The position numbers and the translations under genes are program-made. From NCBI GenBank assembly GCA_964529995.1, contig CAZGZF010000001.1, positions 1 through 44,133 on the forward strand: 44,133 bases of DNA. The letters run 5' to 3'. Position 1 is the stretch's first letter. The number at the start of each line of letters is the position of its first letter. This DNA comes from an uncultured Candidatus Bathyarchaeia archaeon. Its GTDB lineage: Archaea; Thermoproteota; Bathyarchaeia; 40CM-2-53-6; JALHTG01. A model generated the notes under the pieces. It was given only the letters and a program-made list of their open reading frames with translations. It was not told the DNA's origin and made no database searches. Positions 1-9,502 of the stretch are shown here, in pieces.

Positions 1-324
1 AAGATCGAGAACGACTCCGAGGGAGTCATGCAAGACACTCACTGGGCAAGCGGATTGTTCGGATATTTTCCGTCATACGCGCTGGGCAACATCTATGCCG
101 GGCAGATCCTGTCTGCAATGGAGAGAGAAATACCGGACTGGCGAAGGCCACTGGCGATAGGTGACGTCCAGAAACTCAAACAATGGCTTATCGAGAAGGT
201 ATACGTCCAAGGAAATCTGTATGACCCAGCAGATCTCCTCAGAAAGATAACTGGAGAAAAGATCACAGCAAGGAACTACATCGACTACCTTAACGCCAAA
301 TACTCAAAGCTTTATGGATACTAG
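1..324 (+). CDS. Peptidase M32 (Taq-type carboxypeptidase), C-terminal fragment; 5' end outside the window
   Basis: The frame is open from nt 1 (KIENDSEGVMQDTHW...). The HWASGLFGYFPSYALGNIYAGQ block matches the conserved C-terminal GxFGYFPxYxLGN region of family M32. Stop at 322-324. Confidence 0.7.
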   Translation, partial: KIENDSEGVMQDTHWASGLFGYFPSYALGNIYAGQILSAMEREIPDWRRPLAIGDVQKLKQWLIEKVYVQGNLYDPADLLRKITGEKITARNYIDYLNAKYSKLYGY

Positions 325-348
325 AACTGATTCCATTATCATCGCGCA

Positions 349-1347
349 TTGGCCAGAGGAGTCGAAGTGTTCTCTCAACCCTCTCTCCTGAACTGTATCG
401 GGAACACCTCGATGTTGAAGCTCCGGATGGACGCCAAGGGCGAGATGCATCATGTTTATGCAAAAGCAGAGTTCATGAACCCGAGCGGCAGCATCAAAGA
501 TCGAATAGCAAAATACATCGTCGAGCAGGCGGAGAAGAAAGGGCTCCTCAAATCAGGCTATACAATCGTTGAGGCCACAAGTGGAAACACGGGCATCGCT
601 TTGTCCATGGTCGCCGCTGCGAAAGGCTACAAGATGCTGGCAGTAATGCCTGAACACATGACGGGAGAACGAGTCAAAATCATGACTAGTCTGGGCGCAG
701 ACATCTGCCTCGCTCCGAAATGTGAAGGTTTTGAAGGAGCCATCGCCAAGGCGGACAGGATTGCAAAGAGCGGGGAACGCTATTTTCTGACTGATCAATT
801 TAGGAATCCCGACAACGTCATGGCCCACTACAGAACAACCGGCAAAGAAATACTCCAGCAGATCAGGGGGAAGGTTGACGCGTTTGTGGCTGGCGTCGGC
901 ACAGGAGGAACATTGATGGGGGTGGGAAAGGCTCTGAGGGAACAGAACCCGAACGTACGCCTAGTCGCAGTGGAACCGGAAGAAGCCGCCATCCTTTCTG
1001 GGCGAAAGGACATCCAAGAGCACAAGATCGCGGGGATAGGTGACGGCTTTGTCCCAGAAATAGTGGATATGGACCTGATAGATCAGGTCATTACGGTCAA
1101 GAGCAACGACGCCGTAGAGATGGCGAAGAAACTGTCTTATGACAAGGGACTTATGGTCGGCGTATCATCTGGAGCAAACGTATCGGCGTCGATCTCAGTT
1201 TTGGACGAAATCGGTTGCGACAGGACAGTCGTGACTATCCTTCCGGACAGGATGGAACGGTACTTCAGCACAGACCTATGTAGCTCTAATAGATGCCGAG
1301 TCAGACAATGCTCCAAGCATTGTGAGTGCCCGTTCGAGGTGCTGTGA
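349..1347 (+). CDS. PLP-dependent cysteine synthase family enzyme (CysK/CysM/O-phosphoserine sulfhydrylase-like) with an extra Cys-rich C-terminal tail
   Basis: Motifs FMNPSGSIKDRIA (Schiff-base Lys), TSGNTGIAL and GVGTGGTL. The start is TTG at 349. The first in-frame ATG (412) would delete the conserved N-terminal LxxIGNT segment. Confidence 0.85.
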   Translation: MARGVEVFSQPSLLNCIGNTSMLKLRMDAKGEMHHVYAKAEFMNPSGSIKDRIAKYIVEQAEKKGLLKSGYTIVEATSGNTGIALSMVAAAKGYKMLAVMPEHMTGERVKIMTSLGADICLAPKCEGFEGAIAKADRIAKSGERYFLTDQFRNPDNVMAHYRTTGKEILQQIRGKVDAFVAGVGTGGTLMGVGKALREQNPNVRLVAVEPEEAAILSGRKDIQEHKIAGIGDGFVPEIVDMDLIDQVITVKSNDAVEMAKKLSYDKGLMVGVSSGANVSASISVLDEIGCDRTVVTILPDRMERYFSTDLCSSNRCRVRQCSKHCECPFEVL

Positions 1348-1360
1348 GGGCGGCTTCTCT

Positions 1361-2599
1361 TCAGACCCCGCACGCCTCGATGGCCATGAGTCCATAGATC
1401 TTTGAGAAATCCAGTAGCCTATCGCTGGAAACCGATTCATCTGGTCCGTGCGCTCCAGACATGAAATTATCGCCTGGGCCGAACGCCATGGCAGGTATTT
1501 GGGAGACAGTGGTTAGCCATGATGTATCATTTGAGCCCGAGAAACCTCTAGGCCTCAGCTCACATCCCACAACAGTGGATACTGCGTTTTTCGCGATCTT
1601 GAAGACATCTTCGGACTCTGATATCTCGCTGGGTGGCCACATGGAAACTGTTGAGAGATCCGCCTCTATCGTTGGGTCCCCTTGCCTCATGGAGTCGACG
1701 ACTGATTTCACCTCGTCCAAGATGGCATCATTCGTCATTCCGGGAATCGTCCGAACATCGCATATGGCTTCGCAGAGTTCCGGGATTATGTTCTCCTTAG
1801 TCCCGCCTCTTATGATTGTGCCGCAGGCTATGGTTGGATCCGGAAGTAGGCGGTGAGGCGTGAACCTAAACTTGTGGTCATCTAGTGCCAGAAGGATCTT
1901 GCACATCTTCAGTACAGCATTTACTCCAAAATCGGGCCGGCTGCTGTGGGCGGCCTTTCCCCTCACCTTTATCCTCAGCCACTGAAGCCCTCTAACAGCA
2001 GTCCTTGCGTAGATCTTCTCCCTGTAAACGGATGCTTCACCAACCACAGCCATGTCCACATTTGCTCTTGCTTCATATCCGTTCTCAACCAGATATCTTG
2101 TCCCGTACTTCGACCCTGTTTCTTCATCGGCAACAGCGTGGACTAGTAAGTCGCCCTTCAAAGTAATCCCGAGCTGATCAAGGGCTTTCACAGCGATTAT
2201 CGCTGAAGCTATCGCTCCCTTCATGTCGCCCGAGCCCCTGCCATAGATTCTCCCGTTCTTGACTACGCCCTGAAGGGGATCGACAGTCCAGAATTCGAGG
2301 ACTCCAACCGGCACAGTGTCATAGTGTCCATTGAAGAGGAAGTTTCTTCCTCCTCCCTTCCCCTTTAAAATGCCTAGAGTGTTGACCCGCTTCGGTCTAG
2401 GTTCGACGAGTTGAACATCCAGTCCGAGAGAGTTGAGTTTCTCTGCGACCATCTGGGAGATCTGACTCTCATCGCCAGGCGGGTTCTCGCTAGGTACTCG
2501 AATCATCTCACGGGTAAGAGCCACGAGCTCAGTCGAGAGAGAATCTACCTTCTCGATGAACCTCCTTTCAAGTTCTTTCAGGTCCACAGCCTTCACCAT
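1361..2599 (-). CDS. M20 family metallopeptidase (ArgE/DapE/acetylornithine deacetylase-like)
   Basis: Motifs HYDTVP, GRGSGDMKGAIA and ADEETGS (M20 metal ligands). The ORF is open to a GTG at 2662; I prefer the ATG at 2599 (MVKAVDLKELERRF...), so the start is uncertain. Confidence 0.8.
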   Translation of the reverse strand: MVKAVDLKELERRFIEKVDSLSTELVALTREMIRVPSENPPGDESQISQMVAEKLNSLGLDVQLVEPRPKRVNTLGILKGKGGGRNFLFNGHYDTVPVGVLEFWTVDPLQGVVKNGRIYGRGSGDMKGAIASAIIAVKALDQLGITLKGDLLVHAVADEETGSKYGTRYLVENGYEARANVDMAVVGEASVYREKIYARTAVRGLQWLRIKVRGKAAHSSRPDFGVNAVLKMCKILLALDDHKFRFTPHRLLPDPTIACGTIIRGGTKENIIPELCEAICDVRTIPGMTNDAILDEVKSVVDSMRQGDPTIEADLSTVSMWPPSEISESEDVFKIAKNAVSTVVGCELRPRGFSGSNDTSWLTTVSQIPAMAFGPGDNFMSGAHGPDESVSSDRLLDFSKIYGLMAIEACGV

Positions 2600-2774
2600 T
2601 TTGTGTCCAATAGATAATCGTTCTGAACTCTTAGCATTTTGAGTCCCAATAAGAAATCGCACATGTCGACGCTCAGATCGAGTATCCGAGTATCACATTC
2701 TTGGTGCGAAGAGAAGGAACTGTTCGCAGGATTGCGTGAGACGCACGTCGGCGACAGAACCATCTGGATGGCTT

Positions 2775-3341
2775 TTAGGTGCTCGGCCTAACCACTTTGA
2801 GCAAATCAGCCCTGGTGACTATGCCTGATGGGCAGCCTCTCCTTGTAAGAATCACAGCGGGACTGTACTGCAGTAGAGCTAGTACCGCGGAAAGGGGAGA
2901 ATGCTCGTCAAGTTGGGGAAATGGTTCGTCCATTACGTTCTCTACACGCTCTCGAGAAAGTTCGGACAGATCTTTGCCCTTCACTATTTGAGTGAGTATC
3001 GATCTCTCCGAGATGCTGCCTACGGCGAAGCCTTTGTCAAGTACTGGAAGCTGAGAGAACCCCATCTGCTTCATGATTGTTGTGGCTTTTGAGACTGCAT
3101 CCTGACGGCGCACCCCAATGACTCTTCTGCTACCTATTTCTCTAGCTCTTGACTCAGACCTTCTCTCCAGCTCTTCTAGTACGTCGAATATTCTCTTGGT
3201 CTTCTCGTAGGATGGATTGACTTTGAGTGCCTCGATCTTGGCTATCATGGACTGACTGACTCCTGCCATGAAAGCTAGGTCCTTTTGAGTTAGGTTGAGG
3301 TTTCTCCTTCGTCTCGGTATCTCCTGCAGCTGAGGTAGCAT
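2775..3341 (-). CDS. Transcriptional regulator: N-terminal XRE-type HTH plus C-terminal CBS-domain pair (COG3620-like)
   Basis: LTQKDLAFMAGVSQSMIAKIE is an HTH_3 motif, followed by two CBS-like repeats (..GFSQLPVLDKGFAVGSISERSIL.. and ..SPAVILTRRGCPSGIVTRADLL..). Start is ATG 3341 or GTG 3359. Confidence 0.8.
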   Translation of the reverse strand: MLPQLQEIPRRRRNLNLTQKDLAFMAGVSQSMIAKIEALKVNPSYEKTKRIFDVLEELERRSESRAREIGSRRVIGVRRQDAVSKATTIMKQMGFSQLPVLDKGFAVGSISERSILTQIVKGKDLSELSRERVENVMDEPFPQLDEHSPLSAVLALLQYSPAVILTRRGCPSGIVTRADLLKVVRPST

Positions 3342-3366
3342 ATGGTCAGGCAGGTGCACGTCCGCT

Positions 3367-3384
3367 ATATTCCTTTAGGAATAT
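3367..3384. promoter_or_regulatory. 18-nt palindrome ATATTCCT-TT-AGGAATAT in the divergent regulator/SAM-synthetase intergenic region. Candidate operator and/or back-to-back BRE/TATA cores.
   Basis: Perfect 8-nt inverted arms read directly from the sequence. The minus-strand reading AAAGGAATATAG lies about 26 nt upstream of ATG 3341. GAATATTT recurs at 3413-3420. Confidence 0.45.
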
Positions 3385-3441
3385 TTCGTACACCAAGGCA
3401 TTAATATCCAATGAATATTTTCTCTGTGCGAGGCTGCTGGA

Positions 3442-4650
3442 ATGCGTAAGATCGCGATAAGCGAGTTGAAGCAGGTGCCTCTGGAGAGGCAGAGGGTAGA
3501 AATTGTTGAAAGAAAGGGACTGGGACATCCTGATTACATCTGCGACTCCGTAATGAATGAGATCTCAATCGCCCTAAGCAGGGAGTACATGTCCAAGTTC
3601 GGAGAGATCGTTCACCACAACATAGACAAGGGGCTATTGGCCGCTGGGGAGGCGGAAGGGCGGTTCGGAGGAGGATCCATCAAGAAGCCGATGCTGATGA
3701 TTTTTGGTGACAGGGCGACGTTCCAGGTGGGCGATGATAGGATTGAAGTCGATAAGATTGCCGTTGAGACGGCGAAGAGCTGGTTCAGGAAGAATCTTAG
3801 ATTCGTTGATCCAGAGAGCCATGTGAAGTATCAGGTGGAGATCAAGCCCGGCTCAGCTGAGCTCGCAGATATCTTCAGGCGGAAGGGGCGGTTCCTCGGT
3901 GCGAATGACACATCTGCGGCGGTAGGATATGCGCCCTTCACCCCCACGGAGGCCCTGGTCCTACAGACTGAGAGATACCTCAACTCTCCTGAGTTCAAGA
4001 AGAGGTTTCCGGAAAGTGGGGAAGATATCAAGGTGATGGCGCTGAGGCACAACGACCAGTTGGAACTTACAGTATCGATGGCCTTGGTAGACAGATACAT
4101 AAACAGTGAGGCCGACTACTTCGCAAAGAAAGAATCTATACTTCAAACAATGAAGAGTTTCATAGAATCAAGAACTGACATTGAAAGGTTTCACGTAGAC
4201 TTCAACACTCTCGACATCCGAGGGAGAGGGCTGCATGGAATATACACGACCGTTACGGGCACGTCTGCTGAGGCCGGCGATAGCGGTCAAGTGGGAAGAG
4301 GTAACCGTGTGAATGGGATAATACCTTTGAACAGACCCTCAAGTTCGGAGGCAGCCGCGGGCAAGAATCCTGTGAGCCACGTCGGGAAGATCTACAACCT
4401 ACTCAGCTTCAAGATTGCGGATAGAATATGCAGAGGAGTCTCCGGCGTCGACGAAGTCTACGTCTGGCTCCTCAGCAAGATAGGAATGCCGATAGATCAG
4501 CCTGCGATAGCGTCAGCACAGCTCGTCCTCTCGAAGGCGACGAGGATAGAAGAAGTATCAGATCAGGTTAGAGACATCATAGATGATGAACTCAGCAAGC
4601 TCGACAGCTTCTGCAAGGATCTTGTGGAAGGAAAGATTCCGGTATGCTAG
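3442..4650 (+). CDS. metK: Archaeal-type S-adenosylmethionine synthetase (methionine adenosyltransferase)
   Basis: The N-terminal ERKGLGHPDYICD motif and about 400 aa length are typical of the archaeal MAT family (distinct from bacterial MetK). ATG start preceded by GAGG. Confidence 0.92.
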   Translation: MRKIAISELKQVPLERQRVEIVERKGLGHPDYICDSVMNEISIALSREYMSKFGEIVHHNIDKGLLAAGEAEGRFGGGSIKKPMLMIFGDRATFQVGDDRIEVDKIAVETAKSWFRKNLRFVDPESHVKYQVEIKPGSAELADIFRRKGRFLGANDTSAAVGYAPFTPTEALVLQTERYLNSPEFKKRFPESGEDIKVMALRHNDQLELTVSMALVDRYINSEADYFAKKESILQTMKSFIESRTDIERFHVDFNTLDIRGRGLHGIYTTVTGTSAEAGDSGQVGRGNRVNGIIPLNRPSSSEAAAGKNPVSHVGKIYNLLSFKIADRICRGVSGVDEVYVWLLSKIGMPIDQPAIASAQLVLSKATRIEEVSDQVRDIIDDELSKLDSFCKDLVEGKIPVC

Positions 4651-5219
4651 CCGTCTTTGGTCTTCTCTTGACCCTTGACTGACGATAGTTCTTTGAACAG
4701 CTTCTCAAGCTGGCGCTTCATCAGTCTAGCGTCTTGACTTAAGTTGAAATAGTCGGCGAAGGTCTGCGTCGTCCTCAGAATCTTGGTTCGTCCGAGCTTT
4801 GACTCTGAAACGAGCTGGAGATCTCTGAGTTGCCTCACATGATCATATGCAAGTTTCCCTCTGACTCTGACGACGTACGCTTGAGTTACGGGTTGTCTGA
4901 GGGCGATGAACGACAGGGTCCTAAGAGGGCCAGGAGTGAGCAACCTTCTCGTCGCAAGTCTCTTAACTGCGCCAACGTATTCTGGCCTTAATTGCATGAC
5001 GAATCTTCCGTCTTGAAGTTCAAGCACCTCAAGTGATGTGTCAGATTGTCTGTACCGTTCTGCGACTGACCTGGCCATCGCTCTGACCCTGTCCGCTGAT
5101 CTCAGCTTGACGATGGATGCAAGAGTCTGCAGATCAAGAGGCCTCCCAGCGACGTAGAGAGCGCCCTCGATGAGCTTGGCCCTGCCTGTTGGGACGCCTA
5201 TCAGATCATTCTGCGCCAA
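4647..5219 (-). CDS. scpB: Segregation and condensation protein B (ScpB)
   Basis: LIEGALYVAGRPLDLQTLASI and a tandem winged-helix layout. Its start overlaps the scpA stop by 14 nt. TTG start at 5219. Confidence 0.85.
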   Translation of the reverse strand: MAQNDLIGVPTGRAKLIEGALYVAGRPLDLQTLASIVKLRSADRVRAMARSVAERYRQSDTSLEVLELQDGRFVMQLRPEYVGAVKRLATRRLLTPGPLRTLSFIALRQPVTQAYVVRVRGKLAYDHVRQLRDLQLVSESKLGRTKILRTTQTFADYFNLSQDARLMKRQLEKLFKELSSVKGQEKTKDG

Positions 5220-5892
5220 CGTGATGTACGATCTCCGTGAGTCTTATGGCGATGTCGCCGAACTCTCGGCTTTGGAGGAGAACAAGCTTGTTTTGGCAAG
5301 CAAGAAATAGGAGCATTATGAACTGCCTTACGATCTCCATTACCGGCAGTCCTCTCGTAAGCTTCAGGAATGAGATTAATGATCTCTTCTTTGATAGCTG
5401 CCTGAGACGGAGATAAAATGCCTCCAATCGTCTATCGATGTCTGTGAAGAATTCGTCCAGTCCGTCTGTGAGCTGAGCTGGCAGAAAAAGCGACTTCTTC
5501 TGCTTTGCCAACGCAAGTTTCTCGCTCTCAAGGACTTCCTCGAGCACTATGATGAGCTGCTCGACAGAGGCTGAGGTGAACTCGTACCTTATTGGGAGAG
5601 GCAGGGGCGGCGGGACAGTTTCGTTGATTCTGGGTGGCGGAGGTTTGGGTGGCTCCTCTAGTTTGAGCACATCTTCGGATTTCATTCGATGTATTATCGA
5701 AGAAGAGAGGAGAGCTGTTCCGGATGCTGTGAAGTCAATGTATCCGCCTTTCTTCATTTCGGCAAGAAAGGAGTTCAATAGAGAAGCGACATTCACATCC
5801 CAAGGCCTGAGTCTGTGAAGCCTTATCAGGTCGAATAGAATCACGTAGGGGGGCAGTAGCCAGAAGGGTTTCACGTTCACGACCTCTGTCAA
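5206..5892 (-). CDS. scpA: Segregation and condensation protein A (ScpA kleisin)
   Basis: RPWDVNVASLLNSFLAEMKK...ALLSSSIIHRMKSEDVL is a kleisin N-domain with a Pro-rich linker. The ORF is open to 6141, but that part overlaps the smc 3' end. Likely start is TTG 5892 (overlapping the smc stop) or GTG 5880/5874. Confidence 0.8.
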   Translation of the reverse strand: MTEVVNVKPFWLLPPYVILFDLIRLHRLRPWDVNVASLLNSFLAEMKKGGYIDFTASGTALLSSSIIHRMKSEDVLKLEEPPKPPPPRINETVPPPLPLPIRYEFTSASVEQLIIVLEEVLESEKLALAKQKKSLFLPAQLTDGLDEFFTDIDRRLEAFYLRLRQLSKKRSLISFLKLTRGLPVMEIVRQFIMLLFLACQNKLVLLQSREFGDIAIRLTEIVHHVGAE

Positions 5893-8800
5893 TTGGACGC
5901 CACCGCCGTTGGTAGTGAGACGATCTGGGACACGCCCTCTTGGACAAAGACACCGTAGACCTTGTTGGCTCGACTGATCGTCGTGTCCCGTAATGAGATC
6001 GCAATGAACTGCGAACCCTTTGATCTCGACTTGAGGAGTTCCGCTAGCCTCTGTGAATTCAAGACGTCCAGGTGAGCATCGATCTCGTCGAATATGTAGA
6101 AAGGAAGTTGGTGGATGCTTTGGAGAGCGAATAGGAAGCACACGGTTGCCACCGATTTCTCGCCTCCGCTAGCAGAACTGACAGCAAGTTCCGCCTTGCC
6201 TGGAAATTGAAGGAGCATCTCCAGACCTCCCTCAAACGGTTTCTCAAGATTTTCTAGCGCCAGCCTCCCGCTACCGCCGTCTGTTATGTCAGCGAATGTC
6301 TGCTGGAAGTTCTTGTTGACCTGGTTCAACGAGTTCATGAAGGCGTCATGTTTCTTCCGGTCAAGCTCGTTCATGAATGAGACTATTGACAGCTTCTCTC
6401 TTTCGAGTTCCCCTATTCTCACTGATAGTTGCTTGTAGTTGCCTGTGACCTCGTCGTATTGTTGAGGGGCGAGCTGATTCACTGCACCTATGCTTGCCAG
6501 TTCCCTGCGCAGTGTCTCCAGAATGGCTTCAGTCTTTCTAGCTCCTTCGTCAGCTGGCTCGACCGATTCCTCGTAGCCCAAATCTCTGAGTTTGGCAAGT
6601 CGGATGGAGATCTGTGCTTCCTTCTCTCCGATCGACTCTGAAAGGTGACTGTTTGCTTGACCGGTGGACTCGTACTCTCCGTAAGTTCTGCCGATCTCTT
6701 CTTGGATTTCTGTATGCTCTGCTTCGACTTCCCCAAGTCTCTCTCTGACCGCGGAGACGTTAGATACAAGCGCTTCTCTCCTTCCGGTCAGTGCTTCTAA
6801 TTCAACTTGAGCCAGGTTTAGGGCTTGTTTGGCTTCGTTAACGCTCTTCTCGGTTCTTTCGATCTCTTGATTCAGTGTTCTGGATTGAATGCGAGCCTGA
6901 TCCAGTCCTGGGGCCAGCGCCCCAATCGATCCCTCGAGGGACGATATTCCGCCCTCGACATGGATCTGTTCCTGCTTCATTTCGTTCAGCGATTTTGTCA
7001 GGGCGAGCAGTTCATTCTCAATTTGAACCAGGTAGCTGGGTTTGACCGAGAGCTTTAGCGAGTTTCTCTCCTTCTGGAATTGGAGGAGTTTTTCACGAGT
7101 TTCACTCTGAAGGTTTCTGAGTTGAGAAAGTGCTTCTCTTTCCTTCTCGGTCTCATCCGAGACGGCTTTGATTCTTGATCTTGCTGTCTCAAGGGATTTC
7201 TTTGCGAATTCAAAGTTCTCCTTGGTCTCCTGCATATATCTGGTAGCTCTCTCGATAGCGCCTCTTCCTTCAATTTCAGTCTGCTTCAGATTGGAGAGTT
7301 CGTCGGTCAGTCTCTGTATCTCTGCTTTTCCTTGCTCAATCAACGTTTCCAAGGACCGAAGTGTTCGATCAAGGTTTTCAATCGCCGAAGGTCTTGGAAT
7401 GATAGATGTCAGGTCAAAGGGTTCTCTGAAGTATCCGGCCTCTATTCCTCCTCCCGGCTCATAGAGGTCGCCTGTCAGGACGACGGCTCTCATTCCCTCG
7501 ACGGAAGCCAGAAAGGCCGTCTTCTGGTCTTCGGCAAGAACTGTGTCTCCAAAGACGAAGTTTAAGGCAGGCTTCACTTCGTCAGGACATTCAATGAAGT
7601 TCACGAGGGGTCCTAGTACGCCGGAAAGGCTTGAACAATCATCGATTGGTGCCTTGGGCGAGACGCTTTCGGCCGGTATGATCTTGATCCTGCCTAGTTT
7701 TGTCCTTTTTAGAATCTCTGTGCAGAGCATAGCCGTTTCTATGTCTTTGACTACAAGCGCCGTCATCCAACCGGCAGACGCTGCTTCAGTAGCTCTTATG
7801 CATTTTTCGTTGATCTTGACGAGATTCTGGAGTGTTCCGTATACTCCCGCGATTGCTCCCGCGGACGCCATCTCCTCAATTCTCTTGAGGGCGGACTTTT
7901 CCGGCGATAATGCTTCAATGAGCTCATGCTGGGTTTCGAATTCAGCTAGTGACACACGTGCCTGTTCAGCAACCTCCGCAGCCTTAGCGATTTCTTCTTC
8001 TTTCGTTCTCAAATGAAGCTGGCTTTGCTCAGTCCTGCAGCCACTAGCCTCAACTCTGCTCTCTTCTTCCTCTCTCAGCTTTCTGATCTCATCTAATCGA
8101 GCGCCCATGTCCTCGATGACTCTTGAATAATCCGCGCTTCGTGCTTCCAGATTTTGTTTTTGCCCGTCAAGCAGCTCGATCCTAGCCGTTTTGCTTGTGG
8201 TCTGCGTCTCGATGCTGGTCAACTGCTTGGAGACTTTCTCCATCTGCTGCTCGATTTCCTCGATCTTCGCTGTGTTCTCTCCCAGTCTCTGTCTCGTTAG
8301 ACGGACCTTCTCGGAGAGTTCCTCGTACTGTTCTTGCTTTTGGGCTAGTGATGTGAGAGCCGCCTGATGTTTTCTTTGAAGGCTGTTGCGTTCTACCCTC
8401 TTTTGACTGAGGGAGGCTTGAATCTGGTTGAGATGATATTGAGTAGCTTCTCTCTGTTTCTTGAGCGCTCCAAGGTTGTTCTGTTCGGACTTGATTTGTG
8501 TCGTTAGGCTGGTTATGGTCGTGTTAAGATCTCCGATTTTTCTCTCTACCTGAAACAGTTCATTGCTTCCTTTTTCGACTACTTCGTGCTCCAGCTCCCT
8601 CTTCTTCGATTCGAGGAGATTTCTTCGTGTGGTCAGCTCACCTCTTTTTCTTTTTATCTCGTCTATTCTCTCCTGCACTACGCCAGCTTCTTTTTGCAGT
8701 TGTTGTAGTTCCCCTCTGAGCTTCCCCAGTTCCCTTGAGAGGATTCTGGCTTCGAGTCTGCCTATTTCTCTGTTAAGAAAGGTGTATCTGAGAAAGTCGT

Positions 8801-9425
8801 TTCTTTCCTTTTCAAGTGATTCTACTCTGGTTCTGACTTCGTCTGTCCTTGCTGAGGCGACCCTGAGGTTTGTGTCGGCAATGTCAAGTTGTTTCTGAGC
8901 CTCCTGCTTTTTCAGGTCGTAGATGCCTATTCCAGTCATGTCCTCGATTATCTTGCGACGTTCCTCCGCTGTGACTTCGGCCAGTCTGGTTACTGCGTGT
9001 TGAGGAATTAGATTGTAACCTGTAACTTGAATGTCGGATGATGATAGTACCTCTGTCAGCTGCTTCCGAGGCACTCTTCTGCCATTTAGACGATAGACCC
9101 CTTCTCCCTTTCGGAACTCTCGTGAAATTGTGACTGTTTCAGCCTCGACGGGTATTCGCCTATCTGAATTGTCGAACTGGATCGATACCCACACAGATCT
9201 AGACTGCAGTTGAGGTGAAGTCTTGTGAATGATGTCAGAGAAAGAGGTGCAGCGGAGTTCTTTTGGGCTCAGCTCTCCCAAGGCGAACCTGACAGAGTCC
9301 ATAACGTTCGACTTGCCTGACCCATTGGGTCCAGTTATGACGGTGAGACCGCGATCTAGTGAGATAGAGACTTTTTTTCCGAATGTCTTGAAACCTCTCA
9401 GCTCGATCTTCTTGATGTAGACCAG
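5889..9425 (-). CDS. smc: Chromosome segregation ATPase SMC
   Basis: Walker A GPNGSGKSN (nt about 9340-9314), long coiled coils, hinge (GVYGTLQNLV...), signature SGGEKS and Walker B FYIFDEIDAHLD. The N-terminus (L)VYIKKIELRGFKTFGKK lies upstream of the first ATG (9302). The 5' end is set at the CTG at 9425 (see findings). Confidence 0.9.
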   Translation of the reverse strand: MVYIKKIELRGFKTFGKKVSISLDRGLTVITGPNGSGKSNVMDSVRFALGELSPKELRCTSFSDIIHKTSPQLQSRSVWVSIQFDNSDRRIPVEAETVTISREFRKGEGVYRLNGRRVPRKQLTEVLSSSDIQVTGYNLIPQHAVTRLAEVTAEERRKIIEDMTGIGIYDLKKQEAQKQLDIADTNLRVASARTDEVRTRVESLEKERNDFLRYTFLNREIGRLEARILSRELGKLRGELQQLQKEAGVVQERIDEIKRKRGELTTRRNLLESKKRELEHEVVEKGSNELFQVERKIGDLNTTITSLTTQIKSEQNNLGALKKQREATQYHLNQIQASLSQKRVERNSLQRKHQAALTSLAQKQEQYEELSEKVRLTRQRLGENTAKIEEIEQQMEKVSKQLTSIETQTTSKTARIELLDGQKQNLEARSADYSRVIEDMGARLDEIRKLREEEESRVEASGCRTEQSQLHLRTKEEEIAKAAEVAEQARVSLAEFETQHELIEALSPEKSALKRIEEMASAGAIAGVYGTLQNLVKINEKCIRATEAASAGWMTALVVKDIETAMLCTEILKRTKLGRIKIIPAESVSPKAPIDDCSSLSGVLGPLVNFIECPDEVKPALNFVFGDTVLAEDQKTAFLASVEGMRAVVLTGDLYEPGGGIEAGYFREPFDLTSIIPRPSAIENLDRTLRSLETLIEQGKAEIQRLTDELSNLKQTEIEGRGAIERATRYMQETKENFEFAKKSLETARSRIKAVSDETEKEREALSQLRNLQSETREKLLQFQKERNSLKLSVKPSYLVQIENELLALTKSLNEMKQEQIHVEGGISSLEGSIGALAPGLDQARIQSRTLNQEIERTEKSVNEAKQALNLAQVELEALTGRREALVSNVSAVRERLGEVEAEHTEIQEEIGRTYGEYESTGQANSHLSESIGEKEAQISIRLAKLRDLGYEESVEPADEGARKTEAILETLRRELASIGAVNQLAPQQYDEVTGNYKQLSVRIGELEREKLSIVSFMNELDRKKHDAFMNSLNQVNKNFQQTFADITDGGSGRLALENLEKPFEGGLEMLLQFPGKAELAVSSASGGEKSVATVCFLFALQSIHQLPFYIFDEIDAHLDVLNSQRLAELLKSRSKGSQFIAISLRDTTISRANKVYGVFVQEGVSQIVSLPTAVASN

Positions 9426-9491
9426 AATCTGCCGTGCTCCTGCCGTTCGATTGATGAGGTTTCTGTAGGGCGGAGACCGGGGTCTTAAAGA

Positions 9492-9502
9492 GTTTTTAAA
9501 GG
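9492..9502 (-). promoter_or_regulatory. Candidate TATA box (minus-strand CCTTTAAAAAC, preceded by AAAGAA) upstream of smc
   Basis: AT-rich TTTAAAAA element about 70 nt upstream of the conserved SMC N-terminus. It resembles the AAAG..TTAT-type elements upstream of other genes in the window. Confidence 0.35.

Noticed and set aside
2611-2623. AACGATTATCT element (minus strand) as a TATA box for the first M20 peptidase gene.
   Set aside because: It lies only about 15-20 nt upstream of ATG 2599, which is too close for an archaeal TATA box, and inside the ORF if GTG 2662 is used. It was left unannotated.
5893-6141. N-terminal 83-codon extension of the scpA ORF.
   Set aside because: It overlaps the conserved 3' end of smc (Walker B/D-loop region) in another frame, and its translation is not protein-like. 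The kleisin homology starts near 5880.
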